DNA of 63,096 bases from an uncultured Verrucomicrobiota bacterium (GCA_949295265.1 CASFKR010000004.1:1-63096); one strand, 5' to 3'. Counted from the stretch's first letter, positions 19,594-29,257 are shown. The notes: generated by a model not told the origin, from the letters alone. Program-made: numbers and translations.

Positions 19594-21606
19594 TTAAGCG
19601 TTGGTCGCGGGCGGCGTTTCTGGGGAAGCTTCAGCCGCCGCAGGGGCTTCCGGCGCAGGTGCGGGCGCGGCCTCGGCGGATGTTTCCGCATCTGCGGTTT
19701 CCGCGGCGGGAACTTCCGCCGCGGGAGCGGCGTTCTCCTTCGCGGGCGGCGTCTCTGCGGCCGGTGTGTCCGCGGTGGAAGATTCCGGCGCAGTCGGGAG
19801 CGTTGCTCCGGAGGGTTCTTCCGCGGGTGCGGGCGTTGCGGCGGGTGCTTCGGGTGCGGGCGTCGGCGGAGGCTGGGGCGTCTTCAGGTCCCGGTAGTAG
19901 GGGTGTGCGCAGGGAAGAGCGACCACACCATTCGTGTATTCGATGATGTGTCCGCGGTCAATCAGGAAATCAAGCCGTTTCCGGAAGGCGTTTGCCTTTT
20001 CGGCGGGCGTCCCTTCCGGCGCGAGTGCCGCGAGCATATCGGTGCGTGTGGTGCCGGTATGCGTGGTAACGTAGTCGATGATGTCCTTGATTTCGGCAAC
20101 GGCGGAAGCGGGATCGAGTGCCTTGGGTTCCCGTGGGGTGACAAATTCCTCGCGGCGGGTATCGGACGCACGGAAGAGATGCATCTTGCGGGAACGCAGA
20201 CCTCCGCGGACGGCGAAAAACAGCGAACTGACGTGGGAAGCCTGTTCGTGATCCCAGACGCTCCGGATTTCATCAAGGATATCCTGCTCCTTGATGGTGT
20301 TGGAGACGGCGTGCGTCAGGGATACCTGCGGAGCCGAGCGCGTGATGCGGTCGGCAATCTGTTTGCGGAAGATTTCTTCGGCTTCATCGCGCGTCAGCCG
20401 CTCTTCTTCGACGGGCGCAGGAGCGGCCTCTGCGGGCGCAACATCGGCGGGCGCTTCGAGCGCAGTCTCAGCGGATGCTGTCTCAGCGGGAGCCTCATCC
20501 GCAGGAGCGGACGCTTCGGGCGCGGGTTCGACAGGAGCGTCTTCCGCGGGAGCGGCCTCTGCAGGCTTTTCCTCAGCGGGCGCAGCCTCGGCGGCCGCGG
20601 CTTCCGCAGGCGCGATGGGACCTTTCCTGCCGGCGCGTTTGGCAGCGGCCTGCGCATTGGCCTGTGCGCGCATGATGGGGTCGGTCGTCGGCAATTCCGG
20701 CTTGCGGACCCACAGCGTCACATGCGAGGCCTCCTGGCGCCACTGCTCAATCACTTCGGGATCGGTTACCAGTTCGATGCGGGCGCGGTATTCCGCCTCG
20801 TCCATGCCGGCACACGGTCCGTTGAGCATCTCAAGGATGCGTTTTGTATACGTGTGGTAATTCGGCGGCGCCAGCAGCTGCCCGGTGACGCCGCACCTGC
20901 CAACGGCCGAAAATTTGCCGTTCGGCGGGTCGACGTCCACGGTGACGGGCGAGAAATACTCCTCGAAATGCTTTTCGAAAAGGTGAGCCCGGAGCGCAGC
21001 CGGATCGAGCGAAATCCAGCCGCAGAGACGGCACTGGTGGAAGCGCTTTTCGCGATGCCCCTCCTTGTAGGTGAGGCGTACCAGTGTGGAGTCCGGTTCT
21101 TTGAAGAACAGTCCGACGATTTCCCGCAACGGCATGGCGCGGCGTGCCGTTGCGATTTTGCGGGCGATCATCGAGAGCGCATCCTGATCCGGCAGGAACG
21201 AGACCTCGTAGGGGACGGGCGGACGATAGCGGCCCGGGCGGTGCGGCGCATGCCGGTCTGCGGCTGGCGCGCCCTCGCGGCGATGCTCATCCCGGCGGTC
21301 ATGCTCCCGGCGGTGCGCACCCTCGCGCGAACCGCGCCCGTCGCGCTCTCCGCGGTCACCACGTTCGCCGCGCGGATGATCCTTCCAGCGACCATCGCCC
21401 TGGCGGTCCTGCCGCCGCCCGCGTCCGTCTTCTCCGCGGCGGCGCCCATACCAGGCGTCCTCGCGCTTTTCTCCATCGCCGGAGCGCGAAGAATAGCGGT
21501 TGATGTTGATGTAATTGGTGTCAGAAGATTCCCGTGCCCAGCTGGGTCCAAAAGAAATTCCCTCAAAGGGATTGATCTGACCGGAGGTCTGATCGCCGTC
21601 GTTCAT
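19594..21606 (-). CDS. Hypothetical 670-aa protein: Arg/Asp/Glu-rich N-terminus, C2H2-like zinc knuckle, two Ala/Pro/Glu-rich low-complexity tracts
   Basis: Long ORF with an AT-rich promoter-like upstream region. Contains FHQCRLCGWISLDPAALRAHLFEKH (C-x2-C-x12-H-x4-H). No family recognised. Confidence 0.7.
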   Translation of the reverse strand: MNDGDQTSGQINPFEGISFGPSWARESSDTNYININRYSSRSGDGEKREDAWYGRRRGEDGRGRRQDRQGDGRWKDHPRGERGDRGERDGRGSREGAHRREHDRRDEHRREGAPAADRHAPHRPGRYRPPVPYEVSFLPDQDALSMIARKIATARRAMPLREIVGLFFKEPDSTLVRLTYKEGHREKRFHQCRLCGWISLDPAALRAHLFEKHFEEYFSPVTVDVDPPNGKFSAVGRCGVTGQLLAPPNYHTYTKRILEMLNGPCAGMDEAEYRARIELVTDPEVIEQWRQEASHVTLWVRKPELPTTDPIMRAQANAQAAAKRAGRKGPIAPAEAAAAEAAPAEEKPAEAAPAEDAPVEPAPEASAPADEAPAETASAETALEAPADVAPAEAAPAPVEEERLTRDEAEEIFRKQIADRITRSAPQVSLTHAVSNTIKEQDILDEIRSVWDHEQASHVSSLFFAVRGGLRSRKMHLFRASDTRREEFVTPREPKALDPASAVAEIKDIIDYVTTHTGTTRTDMLAALAPEGTPAEKANAFRKRLDFLIDRGHIIEYTNGVVALPCAHPYYRDLKTPQPPPTPAPEAPAATPAPAEEPSGATLPTAPESSTADTPAAETPPAKENAAPAAEVPAAETADAETSAEAAPAPAPEAPAAAEASPETPPATNA

Positions 21607-21656
21607 GGGGTTTATCTCGTATCTGATACAAAAAACAGATTGTGTATCAGCGGTAA

Positions 21657-21685
21657 ATTTTATCGAATCGAATCGATTGAATCAA
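21657..21685 (-). promoter_or_regulatory. Candidate sigma70-type promoter for the 670-aa gene
   Basis: On the minus strand: TTGATT, 17 nt, then TAAAAT. It lies in the only AT-rich patch here, about 50 nt upstream of the ATG at 21606. Confidence 0.35.
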
Positions 21686-21747
21686 GAGAATCTGCGCAAA
21701 AAGGGCGAATTGTCAGTGAAAGGTTGCGCTGCGCGCGGCCGCACACA

Positions 21748-21784
21748 GAAAAATTCGCCCCCAGAACGCCGACGGGCGTCTGGG
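21748..21784 (-). terminator. Candidate intrinsic terminator downstream of hom
   Basis: Arms at 21760-21770 and 21775-21784 (cccagaacgcc / ggcgtctggg, one bulge) with loop gacg. On the minus strand this is followed by ggcgaatttttct. Confidence 0.35.
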
Positions 21785-21821
21785 AGCGAAGCGGTTTTCG
21801 CCGGAAAACGGCGGTCGGAAA

Positions 21822-23120
21822 TCATTGCCCCGGTTCTTCGATGCTGAGGCAGACGGGTTCGCCACCGGCGCAGGGCAGCGTGCGGATTTCCTCGAGAGCC
21901 TGAAGCATGTCGGCGCGGCGCACATCGTGCGTGAGCAGAACGACGGAGGCGAAGCCGTCCGCAGCTCCGTGCTGAACGGCGGAGCGGATGGAGACCCCGT
22001 GTTTGGAGAAGACGCTGGTGGTGGCAGCCAGAGAGCCGGGTGCATCCTTGAGGGAGAGGCGCACGTAGTTGCTCGAAACGGCATCGCCGAGCGGCTTGAG
22101 CGCCACGGGGGCGGAGGCCTTCGGCATCGTGACGGCGCGGCAGGTGCCGGCGGCGAGGCTCCGCGCGACTTCCGCGATGTCGCCGACGACGGTGGCGGCA
22201 GTCGGCAGACGCCCGGCGCCGCGACCATAGAAGAGCGTCCAGTCATCCATGTCGCTCTTGACCATGGCGGCATTGAAGACGCCGGAAACGGAGCCGAGCA
22301 TGCTCGCCGCCGGTACGAGTGCAGGCTCGACGCGGAGTTCGAGTCCGTCCGGCGTATTCTTGATGATGGCGAGGAGCTTGACGCGGTAGCCCATTTCGCG
22401 GGCCCGGAGAATATCCTGCGCTTCCACGGTGCCGCGGATGCCGCGGCAGGGGAGCGTATGGATGTCGGGCGAGAAGCCGAACGCGAGCGCTGCGAGGATG
22501 GCCGCTTTGTGGAGCGTGTCAAAGCCGTCGACATCGAGCGTGGGATTGGCTTCCGCAAAGCCGAGTTCCTGCGCCTTTTTCAGGACGGCGTCAAACGGTG
22601 CGCCCTCCTGCTCCATGGCCGTGAGGATGTAGTTGCACGTGCCGTTGAGGATGCCGTACACCGTTTCAATCTTCGTGCCGACGAGCCCGTCGCGCAGCGA
22701 GCGGATGACGGGGATGCCGCCGCCCACGGAGGCGCCGAAATAGATGTCCGTGTTGTGGCTGGCCGCCAGCGCAAAAATCTCTGCACCATATTCGGCGAGG
22801 AGCTTCTTGTTGGCGGTCACAACGGGTTTGCCCGCCGTAAGCGCTTCGCAGACAAAGGTCTTCGCAACGCCCGTTCCGCCGATCAGTTCGACCACAACCT
22901 GTACCGTGGGGTCGTGGATGACGCGCATGGCGTCGGCGGTCAGCACGCCGGGCGGCAACGCCACGCCGCGGTCCGTGGAGATGTCCAGATCCGCGATTTT
23001 CCGCAGTTCGATATCGAGCCCGGTGCGTTCCCGGAGGATGTCGCGGTTTGCCAACAGACCGTGCGCAACGCCAGCGCCTACGGTTCCAAAGCCTAAAATG
23101 CCTACGCCGATTTTCGTCAT
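21822..23120 (-). CDS. hom: Homoserine dehydrogenase (with C-terminal ACT domain)
   Basis: MTKIGVGILGFGTVGAGV... NAD-binding N-terminus, ...GILNGTCNYIL... catalytic region, and an ACT-like tail. 432 aa. Confidence 0.9.
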   Translation of the reverse strand: MTKIGVGILGFGTVGAGVAHGLLANRDILRERTGLDIELRKIADLDISTDRGVALPPGVLTADAMRVIHDPTVQVVVELIGGTGVAKTFVCEALTAGKPVVTANKKLLAEYGAEIFALAASHNTDIYFGASVGGGIPVIRSLRDGLVGTKIETVYGILNGTCNYILTAMEQEGAPFDAVLKKAQELGFAEANPTLDVDGFDTLHKAAILAALAFGFSPDIHTLPCRGIRGTVEAQDILRAREMGYRVKLLAIIKNTPDGLELRVEPALVPAASMLGSVSGVFNAAMVKSDMDDWTLFYGRGAGRLPTAATVVGDIAEVARSLAAGTCRAVTMPKASAPVALKPLGDAVSSNYVRLSLKDAPGSLAATTSVFSKHGVSIRSAVQHGAADGFASVVLLTHDVRRADMLQALEEIRTLPCAGGEPVCLSIEEPGQ

Positions 23121-23171
23121 GGAAGGAAGTTCCCTGTGGGTACGATGGGAAAGGTGTTTTTTGTGGAAAAA

Positions 23172-23912
23172 TTATAGAGGCTGAAGAGGGGGTGCGCAAG
23201 TTGCGTTGGCCGCATGGCGCGGATCGACGGGGCGCATGCGGTCGGCAATCAGGGTCAGCCCGACTCGGAGCGCGAAGTAGGGGACGGCAAGGGGGCGGAT
23301 GGAGGAGACCCCGAACGCGCGCGGCCGTACATGGACAGGGCATTCTGCAAGCGTGTAGCCCTGGCGGCGCAACAGTGCGATGGCTTCCGGCTCCGGATAT
23401 TCCGAGGGATAGGCGGCGGCGAAGTACGAGAGGAGGCGCCCGCGTACGCACCAGAGACCCGATGTGGGGTCGGTGATGCGCGTGTTGCAGATCAGGGAGA
23501 GCAGCTGCGCGAGGCACCGGTTCCCGAAGCGGCGAAAGCGCGAGGAGCCGGAGAAGGTGGCGCCCGGCAAAAAGCGTGAGCCCGTCACAAAGTCGGCACC
23601 CGTTTCGCGCTGGCACTTCAGGAGCGCCGGGATGTCTGCAGGGTCGTGCTGCCCGTCGGCATCGAGGCGGACCACGCAGTCGTACCCGTGCTCCAGCGCC
23701 CATTGCAGCCCGGCCTGCACGGCGGGTCCCACGCCCAAGTTGCACGGCAAATCCAGCACCATGGCCCCCGCCGCCCGCGCCGCGGCGGCCGTCTCATCTC
23801 GCGAGCCGTCGTTGACCACCAGCAGTGTTGCATCGGGGAGTACCGCCCGGCATTCCCGGATTACGCCGGGAATGTTCAGGGCTTCATTGTACGCCGGCAA
23901 CAGCAGCAACAT
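23172..23912 (-). CDS. Glycosyltransferase family 2 (polyprenol-phosphate sugar transferase-like)
   Basis: MLLLLPAYNEALNI..., VVNDGSRDET, RLDADGQHDP (DxD). The ATG at 23912 is preferred over the track start at 23990, which would overlap the upstream gene. Confidence 0.8.
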   Translation of the reverse strand: MLLLLPAYNEALNIPGVIRECRAVLPDATLLVVNDGSRDETAAAARAAGAMVLDLPCNLGVGPAVQAGLQWALEHGYDCVVRLDADGQHDPADIPALLKCQRETGADFVTGSRFLPGATFSGSSRFRRFGNRCLAQLLSLICNTRITDPTSGLWCVRGRLLSYFAAAYPSEYPEPEAIALLRRQGYTLAECPVHVRPRAFGVSSIRPLAVPYFALRVGLTLIADRMRPVDPRHAANATCAPPLQPL

Positions 23913-23971
23913 GAGAAAAAAGCGGAGGAGGGCGGGGAAGGGGGGCAATCCGGGTGCGGGTTCCCGGCCGA

Positions 23972-24493
23972 TTATTCGCCGCGCGCCCACGCCCGGACGG
24001 CATCGGGGAGCTGTTCGATGGCGATCACGGTCACCTCGAGGAATGCGTCATCGAAGTCCGGATCGGGCAGGGATACCGTATCGCCCGCCTGCGCGCCGTA
24101 CAGGCACTCGGCCAGCCGCCCGCGCGAGGAGACGATGTCGAGCGCTTCATCGAAGTCCCAGCAGCCGAGAATCGAAACCGTGCGCATGTCGCCGTTTTCG
24201 TACTCAAGCGTCACGCAGCAGCCGGGGACGACACCGTCGGTGACGTCCACTTCCGCGTCGAAATCGCAGACCTTTGCCAGGACGAGTTCGGCGCGCAGCC
24301 GTTCCATGCGCGTGATGAGCTGGCGCTCGGTGTTGCGCGCGCTTTCGTACTCGAAATTTTCGCTCAAATCGCCGAATTCGCGGGCCGCCTGGATGTCCCG
24401 CCGGTTTTTGGGCATTTCTTCGTTCACGAGTTTTTCAAGCTGGCGTTCACGCTCGCGGTAGGAACGAAGGGAGGTTGCGTTTTCGGAAATCAT
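23972..24493 (-). CDS. GreA/GreB-family transcript cleavage factor, short paralog
   Basis: 173 aa. FGDLSENFEYESARNTERQL matches the GreA coiled-coil tip (GDLSENAEY) and retains the acidic D/E. A C-terminal globular domain follows. Confidence 0.8.
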   Translation of the reverse strand: MISENATSLRSYRERERQLEKLVNEEMPKNRRDIQAAREFGDLSENFEYESARNTERQLITRMERLRAELVLAKVCDFDAEVDVTDGVVPGCCVTLEYENGDMRTVSILGCWDFDEALDIVSSRGRLAECLYGAQAGDTVSLPDPDFDDAFLEVTVIAIEQLPDAVRAWARGE

Positions 24494-24606
24494 GGAACAA
24501 TAAACCGGAAGAAACGGTTACAGGGACGGAATCAAAAAGAACAGCCGCGGCGCCCGGGCGGAAAAGCCCCGGCAACCGCGGCGGGAGGATGCCGGAAAGG
24601 AAATCC

Positions 24607-26976
24607 TCAGACGGCAGCGGCCCACTCGAGCACGGCCGGGGGCAGCGGATCGACGGAGACGATGCGGTAGCTCTTGCGCTCATCGCCTACGTCGAGCAGG
24701 ATTTCATCGTCGACGTGGTGGTCGAGGAGCGCCTTGGCGAGCGGCGTCTCGCAGGAGATGATGTTCAGTGTCTGGTCGCTGTCCCAGACTCCGAGAATCG
24801 CGTACGTCGTCTGCGTGCCGGCCTCATCGAGAACCGTCACGCTCGAGCCCATGCCGACCAGCCCGTTCTGCTCGGGGACGTCGGCGGCGAAATCGAAGCC
24901 CTTGACCTCCGCAAGTTCCTTTTCGTACTGCGTCTGGCGGGCGATGAGCGCGCGCTCGGTATTGCGCGCCGTCTCGTATTCGAAGTTTTCCGAGAGGTCG
25001 CCGAAGCTCTTCGCGTGCTCGATGTCCTTGCGGTTCTGCGGCATTTCCTCGTTCATGAGGTGGTCGTATGCCGCCTTGCGCTGCTGATACGAGCGGAAGG
25101 AGGTCGCGTTTTCGACGAAGAAGCCGCGCACGGGCTCCGCCTCCGGATGCGGCACGAGCGTGTTGAGCTCCGGATAGTGCGCCAGCATCGAATTGACGAG
25201 CTTGGTGGACGTGTATTTGCCGATGGCCTTTTCCAGCGCGAAGAGGCGCACGAAAATCGTGGCGCGCTCGCCTTCGCTCATCTTCTCGACGAGCGGCAGG
25301 AGCCAACGGGCGCCGTCTGCGGTGTCCACGGTTTTGCCCGTGCCGCTCTTGGTGCGCCCGCCGCCCGTGACGAGCTTGCGGATGTCGTTCTTCATCTTCA
25401 GATCCTCGCCGGAGGTTTCGTTTTCGAGGGAGGCGAGGGCGAAGGTGACCAGCGCAAACGGGCTGAAGATGCGGTCGAGCGGCTCATGGAGCGCTTTGTC
25501 CGCATACGCATGGCAGACCCAGCGCAGGAGCGGATACGACGGCCGCAGCTTGGCGAATTCGTTGTGCAGAAATTCGGCGAACGGCTCGGCGGCTACGCCC
25601 GTGAGCAGTTTGGGCGCAATGCGGTCGAGCAGCGTGGAGGACATCTCGGGGATGACCTCGATGAAGGAGAGCGCCGTCGTCATATCCGTCTCAATGGGCA
25701 GCGCCTCCACCAGCTCGCCCATCCGGGCCGCCGGGAGCTTGTGCGCGGCATCGAGGATAATCGGGGGCATGCACAGCGTGCGGTTGAGCAGAATGACGTT
25801 CTCCTCGCCCGGCTTGAACTCGCCTTCGAAGGCGAATTCCTCTTCCGCGGTATCGCCGAGGCGCACGGAAATGGATTCGAGCCCGGCGCGGCGCGCCAGC
25901 AGGATGGTCATGATCTTGCACGGATTGCCGAGCTTGCGGTCCGCAACCGCGGCCCGCAGCGTGTAGCCGAGGCGGTCCGTGATGAGGGCGCGCTGCCCGT
26001 CCGTCAGCACATCGGCACCGGCACCGCGCAGGAAGCGCTCCGTCTGGTCGAGGATGGCCTTGGGATCCTTGAGCGCGGCGTAGGCATGGAATGCGGCATC
26101 CGTTTCATCGACCGCTTCACCCGGCTTGTCGTGCACCAGCTCGAGGGGTGCCGTTTTGCGGGTCACAGGCGGAATGCGGACGGAGCCTTCGCGCGTCAGC
26201 TGATGGCGCGCCGTTTCCCAGAACTTCTTCCAGTCCGTCTGCGCCGGGAGAATGCCGTTGCAGAGCGTCGTCTGCAGCTGCAGCGCCGTCATGTTCCCGT
26301 ACGATTGGAGCGCGAGCTTCACAATCTCGCCGGGATGTTCGGCGCATTGCTTCGCAAAGGCTTCGGGGTCGCGGTGGCGGATGACCAGAATGTGGTTCTC
26401 GCTGATGGGGCGCAGGGAGTCCGCCGCAAAGGCAAAGCCCATCGTGTGGAGGTTGCCGGGCTTGCTGTCGAAGTTGATTTTCAGCGTCCGGTAGAACGTA
26501 TCTTCGGAGACGACCTCACCGTAGCCCCACGTTTTGTCCGCCACGATGGTGCCGGGCTTGAGGGCGTAGAGGAAGTCGAAGCGGTTGAGCGAGTCGACGG
26601 GGCGGATGCGCCCGAATTCGCAACAATCCACCTTGGCATGGATGAGCCGCTCGCGGGACGCCTCTTTGAGAATGGCGGCGCACTCCGTGCCGAAGCCGGG
26701 GCGGTTGCCCGTCCACACCGCGCGCAGACGCAGAATCCGCGAAAGTGCCGCCGGATCATGCAGATCGATGAATTTTTGAACGGCGACGGTGTAGCAGTTA
26801 TCGCGGACTTCCAACCGCTTGGGGTCTTTCTCGAACTTCAGGATGGCCACAAGATCCTGGAAATAGCCGAGCATCTTTTCCACGTCCGGCTCAGTGCGTT
26901 CAGCTTCACTGACCAGATGATAAGCGAGATCGTCAGCGGAAACGGGGGCGGGATGGTTGGTGGCGTCTTCTGACAT
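24607..26976 (-). CDS. Long GreA-family protein: about 620-aa N-terminal extension fused to a GreA module
   Basis: The C-terminal ~170 aa (FFVENATSFRSYQQRK...FGDLSENFEYETARNTERAL...) are clearly paralogous to the adjacent short gene, and this is also visible at the DNA level. The ATG at 26976 is preferred over 27084. Confidence 0.75.
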   Translation of the reverse strand: MSEDATNHPAPVSADDLAYHLVSEAERTEPDVEKMLGYFQDLVAILKFEKDPKRLEVRDNCYTVAVQKFIDLHDPAALSRILRLRAVWTGNRPGFGTECAAILKEASRERLIHAKVDCCEFGRIRPVDSLNRFDFLYALKPGTIVADKTWGYGEVVSEDTFYRTLKINFDSKPGNLHTMGFAFAADSLRPISENHILVIRHRDPEAFAKQCAEHPGEIVKLALQSYGNMTALQLQTTLCNGILPAQTDWKKFWETARHQLTREGSVRIPPVTRKTAPLELVHDKPGEAVDETDAAFHAYAALKDPKAILDQTERFLRGAGADVLTDGQRALITDRLGYTLRAAVADRKLGNPCKIMTILLARRAGLESISVRLGDTAEEEFAFEGEFKPGEENVILLNRTLCMPPIILDAAHKLPAARMGELVEALPIETDMTTALSFIEVIPEMSSTLLDRIAPKLLTGVAAEPFAEFLHNEFAKLRPSYPLLRWVCHAYADKALHEPLDRIFSPFALVTFALASLENETSGEDLKMKNDIRKLVTGGGRTKSGTGKTVDTADGARWLLPLVEKMSEGERATIFVRLFALEKAIGKYTSTKLVNSMLAHYPELNTLVPHPEAEPVRGFFVENATSFRSYQQRKAAYDHLMNEEMPQNRKDIEHAKSFGDLSENFEYETARNTERALIARQTQYEKELAEVKGFDFAADVPEQNGLVGMGSSVTVLDEAGTQTTYAILGVWDSDQTLNIISCETPLAKALLDHHVDDEILLDVGDERKSYRIVSVDPLPPAVLEWAAAV

Positions 26977-27160
26977 GGGTGGGAATCCTTGTTGCGTCGG
27001 GCGGCTTTCTTCGCGCGACAGCGGCGAGGAATCAGCCGTCCATGTATCAATTGGAGCAGAAATCCTATCATAAGCGGCGTTCATAGACCAGCAAATTCTG
27101 CCCTTCGCCGATTTGTGCGGCTGGAACCCTCTTCTGCGGCATTTCCGGAACCCGCCCCGT

Positions 27161-27377
27161 GGCAGGGCGGTGGATTCTGCGCAAGGGGGGAGGATATCTC
27201 AGGCGGTGCATCGTGTTTATCGCTGGCGGCACCATCGGATGTGAGGCGGGGAATGGGACCCCGGTCTCAGCCGGTACCCGCCGGGTTGGCATGCAGACAG
27301 GAAGCGTGTTCCGGCGGCGGTAAGCCTCCGTCTGCAATCACGCAGAAAGGCGGAATGGCTGAGTCAGCCTGGTGAAC
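27161..27377. repeat. Direct-repeat copy A (core 27312-27377) bracketing the low-GC islet
   Basis: The 66-nt core matches 29311-29376 at 60/66 positions by manual alignment. The box ggcagggcggtggattctgcgc (27161-27182) matches 29258-29277. Copy A carries about 98 extra nt between the box and the core region. Confidence 0.7.
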
Positions 27378-27444
27378 TTGAATTTTACGTCGGCTTTACA
27401 CTTGACTAAATAATAAATACGCGTATTCTAACGATTCTATTTAA

Positions 27445-27481
27445 GGCTGATTTTTCCGCATGAAATCAGGCGTTTTTTTTT
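27445..27481 (+). terminator. Candidate intrinsic terminator (AT-rich stem plus T9)
   Basis: ctgattt (27447-27453) pairs with aaatcag (27463-27469) around a 9-nt loop, followed by gc and nine T (27473-27481). Confidence 0.45.
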
Positions 27482-27543
27482 CTCTTCTCTTCAGCGGGAA
27501 AATCAAATAAAGGGCTCCGTTTTATCAACGCAAAGAATGCTTC

Positions 27544-27570
27544 GGCTTATCCTGAAAGCCGGGATAAGCC
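27544..27570. repeat. Palindromic GGCTTATCC...GGATAAGCC element (REP-like)
   Basis: 9-bp arms at 27544-27552 and 27562-27570. The same motif recurs at 43175-43192 and 43316-43343, with a partial copy at 2057-2071. Confidence 0.5.
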
Positions 27571-27650
27571 TGTGAACTCGCGGGCATCCTGTTGCGTGCC
27601 GAAAAGAAGCACGTGATGGGATGATCGTTATGGTAAAAAGTAATAAACCC

Positions 27651-28871
27651 ATGAATGTTATCATTCTTCAGGACATCCCGTACCGGCACCCGGAAGGAGC
27701 ATTGGCACAATACCATGGCATCATCTGGGCCGAAGAATTGCGCCGGAAGGGACATGAAGCGACGAAAATGGTAATCGGTGACCCAACGGTGGTGAAGCCT
27801 GAATGCCCGCTTTTGAGCGTCGCCACCGAGGCACAACGACGTGATCCCGCATTTTGGCGGGATTTGGATGCCGACTGTGTCCTCTACTACTGTGGTCCAA
27901 ACGAAGGGAGCTTTCGTATCCTTGAGGCCATTAAAAAGGGGTCTCCACACACGAAGGTCATTGCCCGGATTGAAAGTTTAGACGCTCCAACCCGAAAGTC
28001 TTCCTGGCGAACGCTGCAACAGATTCCCGGACGATATGTTGTAAACCGCCACTGTCCGACGGAGCTTTTTTCACACGAAAAGAGTTCCGTTTTTGCGGCA
28101 GCGTTGCGGACTTCTGCGCAGACGATACGTGATTTCATCCGTCCAAATCGCGAATTGTGGACAGAAGTGGCCGATGCAGCCGATGCGATTACGTTCTTCT
28201 TTCCGCGGCTGGTCGACCAGGCACAGGACTATTTCCGCAGTTGCGGACGCAATGATCTGGCGAAAAAAGTCCGCTGGTGCGGCTACCCGGTGCGACCGGA
28301 GTTTCGGCCGGCACCGAAAGGGGAAAAATCTCCGGCTTCCGTCATTTCCATTGCCAACTGGAGACATGTCAAGGACCCGGAACTCACGGCGGACGCAATG
28401 GCGGTTGTTTTGCAGCAAAACCCACGGGCGACGTACACAGTTATCGGTATCCAAAGCGAACGCGTTGCCAATCGTCTCATCGCTGCTGTCCCGGAGGCCG
28501 CCCCACGCATTCATGCATATGAGCACATTGACAACTGGAAACTTCCCGGTTTTCTGGCGTCGACGCAAGTCTTTCTCCTGTGCTCACATAAAGAGGGCAT
28601 TCCCAGCGTTCTTTCCGAAGCGTTTTGTTCCGGATGTTCGCTCGCGCTCGCACCGTCTCCGGCCTGTGGTGCATTCAAGGACTATGTTGCCTGCGGGGAC
28701 GGAACGCTTGCTGCCTCTCGCCGCCCGGGCGACGTTGCTGATGCCATTCAGACGGAACTTGCATTGTGGGACTCTGGGAAGCGCACTGCAGACGCTATTT
28801 CCGCAAAATGGGAGCATACAACTGTCGCAGCACTTTGCGATGAGCTGATTCAGTTATCCATCGTACCATAG
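27651..28871 (+). CDS. Glycosyltransferase (GT-B fold, GT4-like) on a low-GC islet
   Basis: SHKEGIPSVLSEAFCSGCSL is the E-x7-E box. The region is visibly lower in GC than its flanks and nearly free of shadow ORFs. The ATG at 27651 (MNVIILQD...) is preferred. Confidence 0.75.
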   Translation: MNVIILQDIPYRHPEGALAQYHGIIWAEELRRKGHEATKMVIGDPTVVKPECPLLSVATEAQRRDPAFWRDLDADCVLYYCGPNEGSFRILEAIKKGSPHTKVIARIESLDAPTRKSSWRTLQQIPGRYVVNRHCPTELFSHEKSSVFAAALRTSAQTIRDFIRPNRELWTEVADAADAITFFFPRLVDQAQDYFRSCGRNDLAKKVRWCGYPVRPEFRPAPKGEKSPASVISIANWRHVKDPELTADAMAVVLQQNPRATYTVIGIQSERVANRLIAAVPEAAPRIHAYEHIDNWKLPGFLASTQVFLLCSHKEGIPSVLSEAFCSGCSLALAPSPACGAFKDYVACGDGTLAASRRPGDVADAIQTELALWDSGKRTADAISAKWEHTTVAALCDELIQLSIVP

Positions 28872-28933
28872 ACGTACTGATAACTTTCCTTATCCTGCTC
28901 TTATTCTATCGTTTCCCGGAAAAAGGGGACATG

Positions 28934-28979
28934 GAGTATGGGTCTCATGTGTCCCATGAGACCCATACTCACTCTTTTT
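28934..28979 (+). terminator. Intrinsic terminator after the islet glycosyltransferase
   Basis: Perfect 16-bp stem gagtatgggtctcatg / catgagacccatactc (28934-28949 and 28955-28970) with a 5-nt loop, followed by actcttttt. Confidence 0.7.
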
Positions 28980-29257
28980 GAACTGCGTCCCAGCGATTAC
29001 GAACAGTTGGAAGTCTGCGCTCGGTTCCCTTCCTGTTTCTGCACCCGACAAGATGCGCGCGGGCATCATCGGTTGCGCCCCCGCCGCTTCGCTCAGGTAT
29101 GTGCACTGCCCTCCGGCACCGATAGTCCGGAGGGCGTTGCTCAATGTGGTACCCACCTGTTTCAGGATACGCTTCGCTTATCCTTCGCAGTACCGTTCGA
29201 CTCCTTCGGGGTTGTGGTGCTGACCGCGGCAGCAGGGCGGCGCGGTGGAAGCGGCGC

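Noticed and set aside
18847-21903. 1018-aa plus-strand ORF
   Set aside because: It is antisense to skp and the 670-aa gene. It is extremely Arg/Gly-rich (RRGRRLCGRCVRGGRFRR...) with no start context, so it is a shadow ORF.
24475-26973. 832-aa plus-strand ORF
   Set aside because: It is antisense to the long GreA gene, whose C-terminal module is unmistakably GreA. It is a shadow ORF.
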